This document shows positions 1 to 9,888 of a stretch of 64,000 nucleotides of DNA, in pieces (position 1 is the first letter of the stretch; every line of letters begins with the position of its first letter). The position numbers and the translations under genes are program-made. The DNA lies in the IMG/VR virus record IMGVR_UViG_3300049793_000366, positions 310,001 through 374,000 of that record; one strand, given 5' to 3'. The notes under the pieces are model-generated. The model had not been told where the DNA came from, searched no databases, and saw nothing but the letters and a program-made list of their open reading frames with translations.

Positions 1-203
1 TGAAAAAACAAGGGAATATCGATTAATTGACTTACATTTGGACTTTAATCCAAGTGCCGGACTTAGCGGACGCAATCGTTCAAATGCGGCTTATAAAAAA
101 CACACACCTTGGTTAAGAGGATGTCTGTATCGTGTATGGTGTAAACCACTAGCATACGCTGCTACATCTGCTGCTGATTTATTGTTACAATAATAATTAA
201 AAA

Positions 204-797
204 ATGAAAAAAGTATTAGTAAATGTATTGGGACTATCTTATAGTCAAACGCAAAGCGGAGCTTATGCTGTTGTATTGTCTGAACCCAAAGGTAACAGGA
301 AGTTACCAATTATCGTTAACTCAACCGATGCACAAACAATTGCACTTAGGTTAGAAGGTATTAAAACACAACGTCCACTGACACATGATTTGTTTAAGTC
401 ATTCACAGAGGTCTTTAATGCGGATCTTGTTGAGGTTAGTATTTATAGCTTAGTAGAAGGTATCTTTATGACTAAGTTAGTATTTAATGATGGTGTTCAA
501 GATATTGAACTCGATTGTACAATTGGTGATGGTATAGCACTTGCTATGATTTACCAAAGTCCAATCTATGTCGCTGAGTTTGTAATCAGCTCTGCTGGTA
601 TTGTTGTTGATGAAGACGATGTTGCTCGATATGAAGATGGTGAGGACGTTGACGATGCCGAAATTATTGAAGAAAAACCAAGAAGAAGCACTGTCGAAGA
701 GTTGGAAATTATGTTACAAAAAGCACTTGATGATGAACAGTATGAAGTCGCTGCTCAAGTGCGTGATAAAATAAATTCGTTAAAAGAAAATCGCTAA
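204..797 (+). CDS. Bifunctional nuclease family (DUF151) protein with C-terminal UVR domain
   Basis: RKLPIIV, RPLTHDL, EGIF..KL and DGIALA motifs; C-terminal LQKALDDEQYEVAAQVRDKI is a UVR motif; Bacteroidota-like architecture. Confidence 0.85.
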   Translation: MKKVLVNVLGLSYSQTQSGAYAVVLSEPKGNRKLPIIVNSTDAQTIALRLEGIKTQRPLTHDLFKSFTEVFNADLVEVSIYSLVEGIFMTKLVFNDGVQDIELDCTIGDGIALAMIYQSPIYVAEFVISSAGIVVDEDDVARYEDGEDVDDAEIIEEKPRRSTVEELEIMLQKALDDEQYEVAAQVRDKINSLKENR

Positions 798-838
798 AAC
801 GTAATATCCATAAGGAAAATTATTATATATAGGATATT

Positions 839-1054
839 ATGACCTCTATTATTAAGATATACTGCTTACGTATTCGATTACGAAAACTCAAAAAAAGAAG
901 AGACGAGGCGATGGCCAAACTCATTTCAGCTCACCCAAGTAGGGCCGCTAAAATGGATAGACCTGAGGACTTAGACTCGAAATTATTTGAGGAAATAGAC
1001 AGACAGATAGTAAAGTATAAAAGACTTATAGAAAAAGCAAAAAAAGAGAGTTAA
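839..1054 (+). CDS. Hypothetical protein
   Basis: ORF follows a TATATA element and ends in a bidirectional terminator. Confidence 0.55.
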   Translation: MTSIIKIYCLRIRLRKLKKRRDEAMAKLISAHPSRAAKMDRPEDLDSKLFEEIDRQIVKYKRLIEKAKKES

Positions 1055-1069
1055 TTAACTCTCTTTTTT
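1041..1069. terminator. Bidirectional intrinsic terminator between convergent genes
   Basis: AAAAAGAGAGTTAATTAACTCTCTTTTT inverted repeat. Confidence 0.7.
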
Positions 1070-1641
1070 TATAGTAGCATATTTAAGCTTATAATTCTTT
1101 CCAGTGATGCTATCTCATTTCGAATATCTTCTCTATCTATAACAGGAACACGACTAGTATTTTGATGGAAAATATTACCACCTGGATAAGCATATCTTGT
1201 ACTCTTCACTAAATCCTTTTCTATTTTAGGATATAACTCTCTGAATAAATCGAGAGCATTATGTATTTTAATGTAGTCAGTTAGTATTTGAAAAAAATCA
1301 ACATCGTGTTTACTAAATGTATCGTGTATCTTTGGATTCATAGCGTATGTTTTAACCGCATTTAATATATCCTCTTTGACTATCTCTTCACCTCTCTTAT
1401 TGAGTAAGAGAAGTCTTCTATCTGGCTTAGAGAAGTTTTTTACAAAATAAAATGGCTTATCTAATTTATGTAGATGTGTTATTATTTTCTTAATCTCGGT
1501 ATAGTACCCAATGTCAAAATTTATAAGATAGCTATCGGAATTTGATTCGTATCTAAGTATTGGTCTTGTGTGTATATTGAAACAATACAAACAATCATCC
1601 TTTATACTCCAGCTATTATTTAATATTAATTTATCAAGCAT
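1069..1641 (-). CDS. Hypothetical protein with C-terminal R-motif (RIISLNMLL)
   Basis: 190-aa ORF; no recognisable family. Confidence 0.7.
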   Translation of the reverse strand: MLDKLILNNSWSIKDDCLYCFNIHTRPILRYESNSDSYLINFDIGYYTEIKKIITHLHKLDKPFYFVKNFSKPDRRLLLLNKRGEEIVKEDILNAVKTYAMNPKIHDTFSKHDVDFFQILTDYIKIHNALDLFRELYPKIEKDLVKSTRYAYPGGNIFHQNTSRVPVIDREDIRNEIASLERIISLNMLL

Positions 1642-1723
1642 CTATATTTTACTACTAAAAGTAAGAATGTTTAAATATAATAATAATATATAGTAATAAG
1701 AAATAAAAATACTAAAATACTAG

Positions 1724-3067
1724 ATGTCAGGAATAATTCAGGGTAAAAATGATATAAACGCTGTTGAGGTGCCTACTGATAAGTATCACATTGTTGTGGA
1801 TTTAGATGGTAAGCTTAAGAAGAAGTCATTCGATGGATCAATTGTTGATTTAGAGACTGGTGCCGCATATACAAGTGTTGAGAAGGTTTTCGAGTGTAAT
1901 ATAAACTATGATTTTGATGCAGGATTCACCGCAACAAATCTAACGAGTTTAATGGAACATAAGAATAGTCACATAGGTGCAAGTTTTTCTCATTATCAGA
2001 ATATGCTATGGACTCTATTTGGTGGTAACTTTGATGATGGTGGTTCTGCTTTATTTGAAGGTATGACTTTTTCATCATATGATGAATTAGCAGCTGAGAT
2101 TCAATCTGTTGCTGAAGGTGTTACAAATACTACGGTATTAATATGTTATTATCTAATAGATGGTTCATTACCAAAAGTTAGTTTTCAAGGTAGAAATTCA
2201 ACTTATTGGAGACTAAAAGGTGGTGATAACTATTATGGTAATACAGACTTTAAAACACTTAAATCAATAACACCTACTGGTCAAACATTATCATCAGTAG
2301 CAAGCTTTGTGACTGCTGTTCAAGCACAGTCAGAATTTCCAAATTATACAATGGAAACATTATGGATAACAAATGGTAGGAATTTATATGTAAATGAATC
2401 TAAAGTATCAAGTGACCATCCATTCAAAGGTATGTATGAACTTGGTGGTCCAAGTAGAAGTACTATGAATTTAGCACAGACAGTAGCTACACCACTATCC
2501 ACTTTTCAAGGTGAGTGTACACCTACAAATTATTGGAAATTATTTGCATTAGATAGATTTGGTAGTGGTAACCCTACGGTTGAGCTTAATCTAAGTTTCA
2601 GAGGTAGAGTATATGTTAGAAAATATAGTGTTAATAGTAGTTACTTCGCAATGGTTAGACCATGTGGTATAGATACGTTATTAATTGACTATATTGATAT
2701 TCCAGTTGGGTATAAACTATATGCAGTTTATACTAACTCAAATAATGTAACTAAGAAGGTTAAAGAGATTACATCAGCGGATCTTAAAACAAGACCAATA
2801 GAGGAAGTGAGAGATTTTGAAGGTGGTGGTCAAGGAAATAGTCAGTATTCAACTGGTAGACTTGGTTCTATATTTTTAGAAGAATTCATGACTACTGATT
2901 TAATATCTCGTAACAATACAAGAGCAGTAACAGAAAGAAAAGCATTAAGAGTACATCTGGTTTATGGTAAAGATGGTGTATTTAGTAATTATAGTGATTC
3001 ATACCTTACATTTAATCAAGAGTCATATAAAGGCGTAGGTTACTTTATGGTAAATAAAATTAAATAA
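1724..3067 (+). CDS. Putative late/virion structural protein
   Basis: 447 aa, rich in G/S/T/N; TAATATATA at 1684-1692 upstream. Confidence 0.55.
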   Translation: MSGIIQGKNDINAVEVPTDKYHIVVDLDGKLKKKSFDGSIVDLETGAAYTSVEKVFECNINYDFDAGFTATNLTSLMEHKNSHIGASFSHYQNMLWTLFGGNFDDGGSALFEGMTFSSYDELAAEIQSVAEGVTNTTVLICYYLIDGSLPKVSFQGRNSTYWRLKGGDNYYGNTDFKTLKSITPTGQTLSSVASFVTAVQAQSEFPNYTMETLWITNGRNLYVNESKVSSDHPFKGMYELGGPSRSTMNLAQTVATPLSTFQGECTPTNYWKLFALDRFGSGNPTVELNLSFRGRVYVRKYSVNSSYFAMVRPCGIDTLLIDYIDIPVGYKLYAVYTNSNNVTKKVKEITSADLKTRPIEEVRDFEGGGQGNSQYSTGRLGSIFLEEFMTTDLISRNNTRAVTERKALRVHLVYGKDGVFSNYSDSYLTFNQESYKGVGYFMVNKIK

Positions 3068-3103
3068 AATAAAAACTCTAATAAATTTTTAGAGTATAAA
3101 GAT

Positions 3104-3390
3104 AGTAGTGGCGCAAAACAGTTACGCGTATATGGAAGTCGTAACGCAAAACAGTTGCTCGTATATGGAAGTAGCAACGCAAAACAGCCACTCATGGGGA
3201 TTATCAAGTAGATAAGGAGTAATCCGAGGTTCGTTACCTCAATTCCCACAAAATTGACAGACGTTGTGTAAAAAATCCTGCTTAGGTCAGTGAACCGTAC
3301 AGCACACTCGATAGAAAGTCCACTTATTACATTAAGTTGTAGTTGCAGAGAAGTAGAGGTAAAAACGGGTAATCCTCTTGTTTGTCATTT
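3104..3390 (+). ncRNA. Structured ncRNA candidate with a threefold-symmetric junction
   Basis: Three GCAAAACA linkers separate helices AGTGGC/GCCACT, GTTACG/CGTAAC and GTTGCT/AGCAAC (compensatory changes); more hairpins downstream; GC-richer than flanks. Confidence 0.65.
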
Positions 3391-3396
3391 ATTACT

Positions 3397-4104
3397 TTAG
3401 AAATCAATCGGCATCTCAATATACAAGTTTATAATTCTTGTTCTGAAACCAATTTCCGTTAAGGGTCCAATTACTTTGAAATCGTCAACAATTTGTTTGA
3501 TTAAACTTTTAGTTTCATCATCCTGACCAGCAGTTGTTAATTTATTGGTAGCTTTTATATAATTAGATACACCAAAGTTAACATCGTTTAAATATAACGA
3601 AACCTGACTGTATGGATTACCATCTTTGTCTTCATCGTGCTTTATATCAATATTATCAATATCAATACCATATTTATCATTGACTAACTTTTCTAACTTA
3701 TACTTATTGATATACATAGTGAAGTCTTCTTCTTGTTCTATGAATATATCTTCTATTTTAATATCATCAAATGCTGATTTATAATAAAGCTTAAATTGTA
3801 TTGAGTAATTACGAACAACCATTAAGTCATCCATTACAAACTCTTCTTCAATCTTCTTAAGGTTTCTATTAACAAGTAATAATATATCTGAGATATCTCT
3901 ATATCTCTTAGCTTTCAATTCAATAGTTTCAGTAAGTTCGGTCTTAAAATTTATGGATATAGAAAGAAAATCACTTGAATTCTCATTGTAGTTAATGTCG
4001 ATATCGTCAGAATACGTATCTTCAATATTAAAGAAATATTCCTTTAAATCATCTATTTTAGAGTTTGTTGATTCGAATAATCTGAATGACTTTAACTTTT
4101 TCAT
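3397..4104 (-). CDS. Putative internal head protein (N-terminal MKKLKSFRLFES)
   Basis: Capsid-targeting-like N-terminus; TAATATATA 4 nt upstream of the ATG. Confidence 0.55.
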   Translation of the reverse strand: MKKLKSFRLFESTNSKIDDLKEYFFNIEDTYSDDIDINYNENSSDFLSISINFKTELTETIELKAKRYRDISDILLLVNRNLKKIEEEFVMDDLMVVRNYSIQFKLYYKSAFDDIKIEDIFIEQEEDFTMYINKYKLEKLVNDKYGIDIDNIDIKHDEDKDGNPYSQVSLYLNDVNFGVSNYIKATNKLTTAGQDDETKSLIKQIVDDFKVIGPLTEIGFRTRIINLYIEMPIDF

Positions 4105-4118
4105 TTACTATATATTAA

Positions 4119-4802
4119 TTAAAAGGATTTGATTTTGTTTACAGCTATCGTTTTTATGATAGGTAGAAGCGTTAAATCTATTGGGTAGTATTCTGACTCG
4201 ATTGCTAGTGTAAGTGGCGCTGGTAAGTCTGTTTCCCTCATTAATTTCAATTTTAAAGACTCATACACACCCAATCCATATTCCTCTTTAGATATCTCCG
4301 TAAAAGATATGTCGGAATTTGGTATACTATCTAAAATAACAGAATTTAAGCCATATCTATAAACTCTGACTTCTTTACCAGTTCTGAGCATAATAAAGCC
4401 CTCTTGTTTATATTGTGGTATGATACCAATCGTGTACCACTTCATTTGTGACTCAACTTCACGCCATATATCCTTACCAAAGTTAAATGCTTTTTTAAAC
4501 ATAGATATTGAGTATTTAGTGATGTCATCCAATTCAGACATTTCGGGAGAATTCTCCGGAGTATCATAAATGAGTGTCATTTTCTCAAAATCAAAACCCT
4601 TGAGTTCTTTTTTGATATAAAGCTCTCTGGTTGTTGACCATTTTTCGAGATTTTGTATATGATACTTAATATCAGGTAGGTGAGGATATAATATCCTATT
4701 ATCGAAGTCATGTTTAACATCTCTTAAAGCGGCTAATAATATCCACTTTTTATGTTCACAATCAACTGGGTATTCAATAAACCAATCAGGACTTAACTTC
4801 AT
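4119..4802 (-). CDS. Hypothetical protein resembling a Bacteroidota conserved protein
   Basis: Likely start MKLSPDWF at 4802; WF.E.PVD.EHKKWILLA.L and LYP.L motifs. Confidence 0.55.
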   Translation of the reverse strand: MKLSPDWFIEYPVDCEHKKWILLAALRDVKHDFDNRILYPHLPDIKYHIQNLEKWSTTRELYIKKELKGFDFEKMTLIYDTPENSPEMSELDDITKYSISMFKKAFNFGKDIWREVESQMKWYTIGIIPQYKQEGFIMLRTGKEVRVYRYGLNSVILDSIPNSDISFTEISKEEYGLGVYESLKLKLMRETDLPAPLTLAIESEYYPIDLTLLPIIKTIAVNKIKSF

Positions 4803-4861
4803 AGTAAACTTTGAAACATTTTTAATTATAAGTATATATTCCAAATTACGGCTCAACAAAT

Positions 4862-5653
4862 ATGGCAAAGAAAGACAAGATTAAACTAAAAGTAAATGGT
4901 GATAAATTCTCAGAGTTTATCGGTAAACTAAGCGACCTTACTGATATCGGTAATATCGTAAAGCTAAAGATGGATAGAGATAACATTCTCATATATTCTT
5001 TGGTTGGTGAAACTGCGGTATTAGCTTTCAAATCATATCTATTAAACACATCAGATTATTTTGAGTTCGAAGATTTCGAATTCACACTTGATTATGTTAT
5101 TAATGATGCTAAGAAGTTCGTAAAGAAATTTGGTTTCTTAAACACATCCAGTTTAGAGCTTGAAATATCGTTTAAAGATGCACCGGAAGATGAAAATATT
5201 AAACACGTTAGAGCTATCACCGCGAATGATGGTATATTGAAATTAGCGGCTGTCGGTGCTGAACAATTTAAAATAAGAGATATGTCCAAAGATAGATTAG
5301 CTAAAACTTTGGATTTAAATAATTCTAAATGGTCATTTAATGTTCACAAGGATTCTTTTACTCAGGTTAAGAAGTTATCAGCTATTGGTGATGATAAAAT
5401 ACTCAATATAAACATTGATGATAACCAAGTTAAGTTTTCAGAGTTGGGTAACTGGGAAATGTGTGTCTCTACAATTGATGGTAGTAAAAAATACAACAAC
5501 CTGGTATTTGGTAAGAAATATTTAAAGTCGGTTAACCTAAATGATGATTATGTTAGCTTTAATATCTTCGAGACGTTTATTCTGATTAAGGATAATGAGT
5601 CAAATTTTATGATGAGTTTTGAACAGAATTTTCAAGACGATGATACAGAATAA
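4862..5653 (+). CDS. DNA polymerase sliding clamp (PCNA/gp45-like)
   Basis: 263 aa; two repeated helix-strand units (FSEFIGKLSDL..IVKLKMDRDNILI; SFTQVKKLSAIGDDKILNINIDDNQVKFS) and LVFGKKYL, resembling PCNA; acidic tail. Confidence 0.6.
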   Translation: MAKKDKIKLKVNGDKFSEFIGKLSDLTDIGNIVKLKMDRDNILIYSLVGETAVLAFKSYLLNTSDYFEFEDFEFTLDYVINDAKKFVKKFGFLNTSSLELEISFKDAPEDENIKHVRAITANDGILKLAAVGAEQFKIRDMSKDRLAKTLDLNNSKWSFNVHKDSFTQVKKLSAIGDDKILNINIDDNQVKFSELGNWEMCVSTIDGSKKYNNLVFGKKYLKSVNLNDDYVSFNIFETFILIKDNESNFMMSFEQNFQDDDTE

Positions 5654-5984
5654 TATACCATTAAATAGTCTTCAACGGTTTACTTTAGAACTTCTTGATA
5701 TACTTGAATTAAAAAATCAATGTATATTAATGGATGATTATGGTTCTGCTGATGAATGTAGAAACCGAGAGAAAAAGTTATTAGATTCAACAGATGATTC
5801 TATTATAAAGGCTTTTAACTCTGATTTAAGATTTATAGCAAATAATACCGGAATACAATTAGATGAAAGTCGCACATCTGGTTTCTCAACAGTAAAGAAT
5901 ATTAAAAACATACGAAACCTTCTCACATATTATCAATCACTAAGAAACAATAAGATTAACCAAATACTTAAAAAAGATGAATAA
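5619..5984 (+). CDS. UVR-like domain protein with C-terminal R-motif
   Basis: LKNQCILMDDYGSADECRNREKKL; ends RNNKINQIL. Confidence 0.5.
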   Translation: MNRIFKTMIQNNIPLNSLQRFTLELLDILELKNQCILMDDYGSADECRNREKKLLDSTDDSIIKAFNSDLRFIANNTGIQLDESRTSGFSTVKNIKNIRNLLTYYQSLRNNKINQILKKDE

Positions 5985-6921
5985 TCAACTATTAGATTTC
6001 ATTAAAGAATTATCTATCAGAGATAAGAAAACACTATCACAAAAAGCACTTAAAAATTCGGAAGAATGTGGAGAATTAGCTAAAGCGGTTTTACCATATG
6101 ACGGTGCTTATTGCACAAATCACCGATTCACTGATAAGACTAAGATATTAGAAGAAGTAGCTGACGTTATATTAACGTCAATTTCAATTGCATATCATTT
6201 AGGATATACAACCGATGATATAGAAGAAATGCTTGACCATAAATCAAATAAATGGTCAGAGCTTCAAGCAAAAGAAGATAAAATAAAAGCACCAATTCCA
6301 TATGAGATTCATGTTACCGTTAAAAGGCCAACTGATATCGACAAGTATAAAATGGATTGTCAATCAATACAAGTTAAGCCCATTGTGCTGGATCTTGAAA
6401 ATAGTAAAGGTAATATAACTGATGTTATGACCTCTTCTAAATTTGTTGGTGATAACAGAGGTGCATATGAAAAGACAAAAGAGATATCTGCTTTTATGAA
6501 GTCGATGGGTTATGAAGTTTTGAGAGAGAAAATCGAAACTATACCTTGGCACCCAGCCGCACCGACGAAAAAGGGTGAGATGCCTAAGGATTGCTACTTC
6601 GAAAGTCATGTTGGTGTAAAAGTTAATGGTTCTGATAATAGAGATAGATTAACAGAGATTGCTAAGTTATACAATGCTCATATTTCGCGCAACTTCTTCA
6701 AGAAATTGGATAGTGGTGAGTATGTATTGATGTTAACACTAAGAGATTATGATTCCACATCAGAACTATTTAAGGGTCAAGTAGATAGTCTATTAAAAGC
6801 ATTATCATCCAATGATTTTGAGTATGAGAAAGAAATAATAGAGTTCTCTATATTTGACACTAAAGTATCACATGATTTTAATTGGTTAAATAATACAGCT
6901 ACCAAAGCTGAGTTAGTATAA
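5977..6921 (+). CDS. MazG-like nucleotide pyrophosphohydrolase fused to an unknown C-terminal domain
   Basis: KNSEECGELAKAV and EEVADV MazG motifs. Confidence 0.75.
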   Translation: MNNQLLDFIKELSIRDKKTLSQKALKNSEECGELAKAVLPYDGAYCTNHRFTDKTKILEEVADVILTSISIAYHLGYTTDDIEEMLDHKSNKWSELQAKEDKIKAPIPYEIHVTVKRPTDIDKYKMDCQSIQVKPIVLDLENSKGNITDVMTSSKFVGDNRGAYEKTKEISAFMKSMGYEVLREKIETIPWHPAAPTKKGEMPKDCYFESHVGVKVNGSDNRDRLTEIAKLYNAHISRNFFKKLDSGEYVLMLTLRDYDSTSELFKGQVDSLLKALSSNDFEYEKEIIEFSIFDTKVSHDFNWLNNTATKAELV

Positions 6922-6957
6922 TTTTTTTGTAAAGTCCATAATTATTTATATCTTTGT

Positions 6958-7347
6958 ATGAATATACCAGAAGAGTTAACTAAATTTATCACAGATTGGG
7001 TTTACAATTTACACAATCTGAATAATATTTCGCTTGAGAGTTTGATGAAGTTTACATCTGATTTAAATTATATTAATGATAGATATAAAACTACGTTTAG
7101 TTATGATGATGATACTGTTTGGTTATTTATTGTTGAAATGAAGGAGTGGGAACCAATAGCTTCTGCTGAGAAAGGATTAGTATTCAATGAGGATAACTAT
7201 ATACTTGATTCAGATGGTAGAGTGATTGCTATGAGAGGACAAGGTGATTCAAAAATTAAATCATCTGGGTGTATATGTTTTGAGGTTAAACAACTTAAAA
7301 GAGAACTGAGTATAAATGAAATTACAGATACAGAATCATCCACTTGA
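6958..7347 (+). CDS. Hypothetical protein with C-terminal R-motif (RELSINEI)
   Basis: ORF downstream of TATCTTTG promoter element. Confidence 0.6.
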   Translation: MNIPEELTKFITDWVYNLHNLNNISLESLMKFTSDLNYINDRYKTTFSYDDDTVWLFIVEMKEWEPIASAEKGLVFNEDNYILDSDGRVIAMRGQGDSKIKSSGCICFEVKQLKRELSINEITDTESST

Positions 7348-7585
7348 GGGTCGTCAAATAACTGATGGTAAAGAAGTGTATGGTATACAATCAGTGTTTG
7401 AAATGGGATTAGAGGGTCAAAAGTATATATGCTTATTGACATGGACTCCTGGTAATGTACCACCAGAATATAAGTCACACGGTCAAGTTGAGTGGGAGAA
7501 TATTTCTCTCGATGAGTCAACTTTAGTTGGAAAAACACTATTGAATATAATAAACGGAAATAAACAAATTTATAAACTAATATAA
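7316..7585 (+). CDS. Hypothetical protein
   Basis: ORF in a tightly packed cluster. Confidence 0.55.
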   Translation: MKLQIQNHPLEGRQITDGKEVYGIQSVFEMGLEGQKYICLLTWTPGNVPPEYKSHGQVEWENISLDESTLVGKTLLNIINGNKQIYKLI

Positions 7586-7587
7586 AC

Positions 7588-7938
7588 ATGGCAACAGCGA
7601 AGAACAGAAGTAATATCAATACATTTGATGATATATACGAAGATTTAAAAAATAGATTGAGTAATGCTAAGAAAGGCGAAGGTCTTAAGTTTTCAGAATT
7701 ACCTTCTGAGAGTCTTATCGAGTACTTAAAGAATGTTGGTATTCCGGTTAATCAACTTGAGAACGCTGTCAGCTTTTTGAATGATAAATTTAAAGGTATT
7801 AAGAAAAAGGTAGTTGAGACTCAAGAAGAGCATCACTTTAGCGAACCAATTATTCATATGGGTGAGCATCCTTTTGTAGAAACAAAACACAAACCGAGAA
7901 AAACAGTTTTCGGTCAAATAGTTAAAATAACCAAATAA
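7588..7938 (+). CDS. Hypothetical protein (possibly frameshift-linked to the next ORF)
   Basis: 116-aa ORF; the +1 frame is open from 7931 to 8218. Confidence 0.55.
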   Translation: MATAKNRSNINTFDDIYEDLKNRLSNAKKGEGLKFSELPSESLIEYLKNVGIPVNQLENAVSFLNDKFKGIKKKVVETQEEHHFSEPIIHMGEHPFVETKHKPRKTVFGQIVKITK

Positions 7939-8014
7939 ATATAAAGCCGCAGAAAATTATTCAAATAATCCGGTCCTACATGGACAGTATTGGGAAGACT
8001 TACATAAGCAGGGA

Positions 8015-8218
8015 TTGCCTAACTATATAAAGTTAGGTGATGAACTTGTTATTATAGTAGAAGTTCTCAATAAGAAGCGTAGTGGTAAAGGTACTGCTAC
8101 GCAAGTTTACTATAAGATAGAAGATGGTAGATGTTATCATGCTTCCAGATTCAGAAAGATGTCAATCGCAGATTTAAAGGTAATAAACAGAGATAATAAA
8201 TTAAAACAACTACTATGA
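8015..8218 (+). CDS. Hypothetical protein with C-terminal R-motif (RDNKLKQLL)
   Basis: Only a TTG start; frame is open upstream to 7931. Confidence 0.5.
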   Translation: MPNYIKLGDELVIIVEVLNKKRSGKGTATQVYYKIEDGRCYHASRFRKMSIADLKVINRDNKLKQLL

Positions 8219-8823
8219 GAAAAGGATTTGTCGTAAGAGAAAAAGGCTACGAATACAATGATAATTGGTATGACCACGATCCAGGTCAAGATAAATATAC
8301 TGAGCTTTTTAATGATAGGGAAACCGCATTGAAACACGCACAGAAATATACATCTGATTTTCTTGAGGGTCGAAGAGTATATGATTACTTCAACGAGAAA
8401 GACTACTTAGGTAAGTTAAAGAATATTTTAAATAGTGATGAATTCAACATCACACCAGGTACCGATGAATTCAATCAAGTTTGGGAACTTATCAAAGAAG
8501 ACATTGGTGAGGTTCTTGAAGTAGAGATTGAAGACGGTGACCCATGTGTAGTTAGTTACTCAGATGGTACTAAAATGTATTACAAAGATAATGTATTACA
8601 TCGTATTGGTAAACCAGCAATTGAAAGACCTGATGGAACTTGGTCATACTTTTACAAAGGTGCAAAACATCGCGTTGATGGTCCTGCTGAATACAGTGAA
8701 TATTCTGATGAAGGATATTACATAGATGGTGAGTATTACTGGAATATGGATGAGTTTAAAGCAGCAGCACACCAGTGGTTACAAGAACACAGAGATTATC
8801 AAATAGAGAGCGTTATTAAATAA
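8215..8823 (+). CDS. HRxDGPA-repeat protein with C-terminal R-motif
   Basis: LHRIGKPAIE and KHRVDGPAEY repeats typical of large viruses; ends RDYQIESVI. Confidence 0.65.
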   Translation: MRKGFVVREKGYEYNDNWYDHDPGQDKYTELFNDRETALKHAQKYTSDFLEGRRVYDYFNEKDYLGKLKNILNSDEFNITPGTDEFNQVWELIKEDIGEVLEVEIEDGDPCVVSYSDGTKMYYKDNVLHRIGKPAIERPDGTWSYFYKGAKHRVDGPAEYSEYSDEGYYIDGEYYWNMDEFKAAAHQWLQEHRDYQIESVIK

Positions 8824-9440
8824 TGATAACTACTGATGATATCTTAACCGAAGATTACCTATTAAAGATTATTAGGGATCCTTCGCTTATAAAAGCTGAT
8901 TGGAGAGATTTAAAACTGAGGTTGATGTTATCAGACATCGACTCTCAGTTAATTCCTGATATAGATAGTATAAGGTATAAACAAGATTCTTTCTTTAAGA
9001 GAGAAGAACACTATTGGAGTATAGCATCGAAAGTTCGTATTGGTATTATAACTGGTTCTCTATCATTGAAAGCATTTGGATTTATCAGCAGAGCGGCTAA
9101 AGATGTTGATATTATAGTAAGTGATAGAGTAAAGGTAAAAGATTTAAATTTGAATCAACATAGATATCCAGAATCAGATAGTGATTTAGAATCATTGGGT
9201 TATATATCATTTACGAAGTCTGGAATCTTCGGTAGTGTTAAGGGAATGTACGAAGTTGACTTCTTCGAGAATAAAAATGCAACGTTCATTGAGAAAGATG
9301 GTTTAAAATTTCATCACCCATTTGAAGTAATGGATAAGAAATTACAAATATTACAGAACAGAGGAACTAGCGATAGAGTTAAAGATATACAGGACTTTTA
9401 TAGCTTTCGTAATGTTTTAAGAAAAAAATATTTAGTCTGA
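8823..9440 (+). CDS. Putative nucleotidyltransferase (Pol beta superfamily)
   Basis: ITGSLSL...KDVDII (GS/DxD motif) and EVDFF. Confidence 0.55.
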   Translation: MITTDDILTEDYLLKIIRDPSLIKADWRDLKLRLMLSDIDSQLIPDIDSIRYKQDSFFKREEHYWSIASKVRIGIITGSLSLKAFGFISRAAKDVDIIVSDRVKVKDLNLNQHRYPESDSDLESLGYISFTKSGIFGSVKGMYEVDFFENKNATFIEKDGLKFHHPFEVMDKKLQILQNRGTSDRVKDIQDFYSFRNVLRKKYLV

Positions 9441-9494
9441 AACCTTTGTGTACAAAGGAAAGTCCAAAAAAGATTGAATAAAATTGAAAATAAA

Positions 9495-9526
9495 TTTGCA
9501 AAACGTATTTTAGTGTTGTATATTTG
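9495..9526 (+). promoter_or_regulatory. Bacteroidota-type promoter (-33 TTTG, -7 TATATTTG) for initiator tRNA
   Basis: TTTG 9495-9498 and TATATTTG 9519-9526. Confidence 0.65.
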
Positions 9527-9611
9527 TACTCAGAAAGAAAAAAATAAAAATTTTATTTTTCTTCATTAAACAACAAAAGGGAGAAATAAAATATAATATA
9601 TATAAACATAT

Positions 9612-9683
9612 TGCGGGATAGAGCAGGGGTAGCTCGCTAGGCTCATAACCTAGAGGTCGGGTGTTCGAATCACCCTCCCGCTA
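9612..9683 (+). tRNA. tRNA-fMet (CAT), initiator-like
   Basis: Cloverleaf; 1:72 mismatch; CTAGG-CTCATAA-CCTAG. Confidence 0.85.
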
Positions 9684-9744
9684 CAAAGAATACAAAAATA
9701 TCAGTCTGGGAATCAGGACTTTAAAAGAAAAAGTAAAATTTTTC

Positions 9745-9775
9745 TTGACAATCTGAAACTTTCACCTTATATTTG
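9745..9775 (+). promoter_or_regulatory. Bacteroidota-type promoter driving the leader peptide/tRNA operon
   Basis: TTGACA at 9745 and TATATTTG at 9768-9775. Confidence 0.65.
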
Positions 9776-9888
9776 CGTAAAAATAAAGAAGTTGTTTACC
9801 TCACAAACATCAGATATAGTACGAGGTCTTGATTGAAAAAACAACTCTTAAGGAATTTAATAACAAAAACTGAATAAATAAAATAGTA

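Noticed and set aside
745-797. RDKINSL of the DUF151 protein as an instance of the C-terminal R-motif
   Set aside because: It is the standard end of a UVR domain and its spacing differs by one residue
3112-3187. Mini CRISPR array
   Set aside because: Repeats are tandem with no unique spacers, differences are compensatory stem changes, and no cas genes are in the window
3040-3249. 69-aa minus-strand ORF with CFA..LPYT repeats
   Set aside because: By-product of the 33-nt structural repeat; paired substitutions point to RNA structure rather than coding
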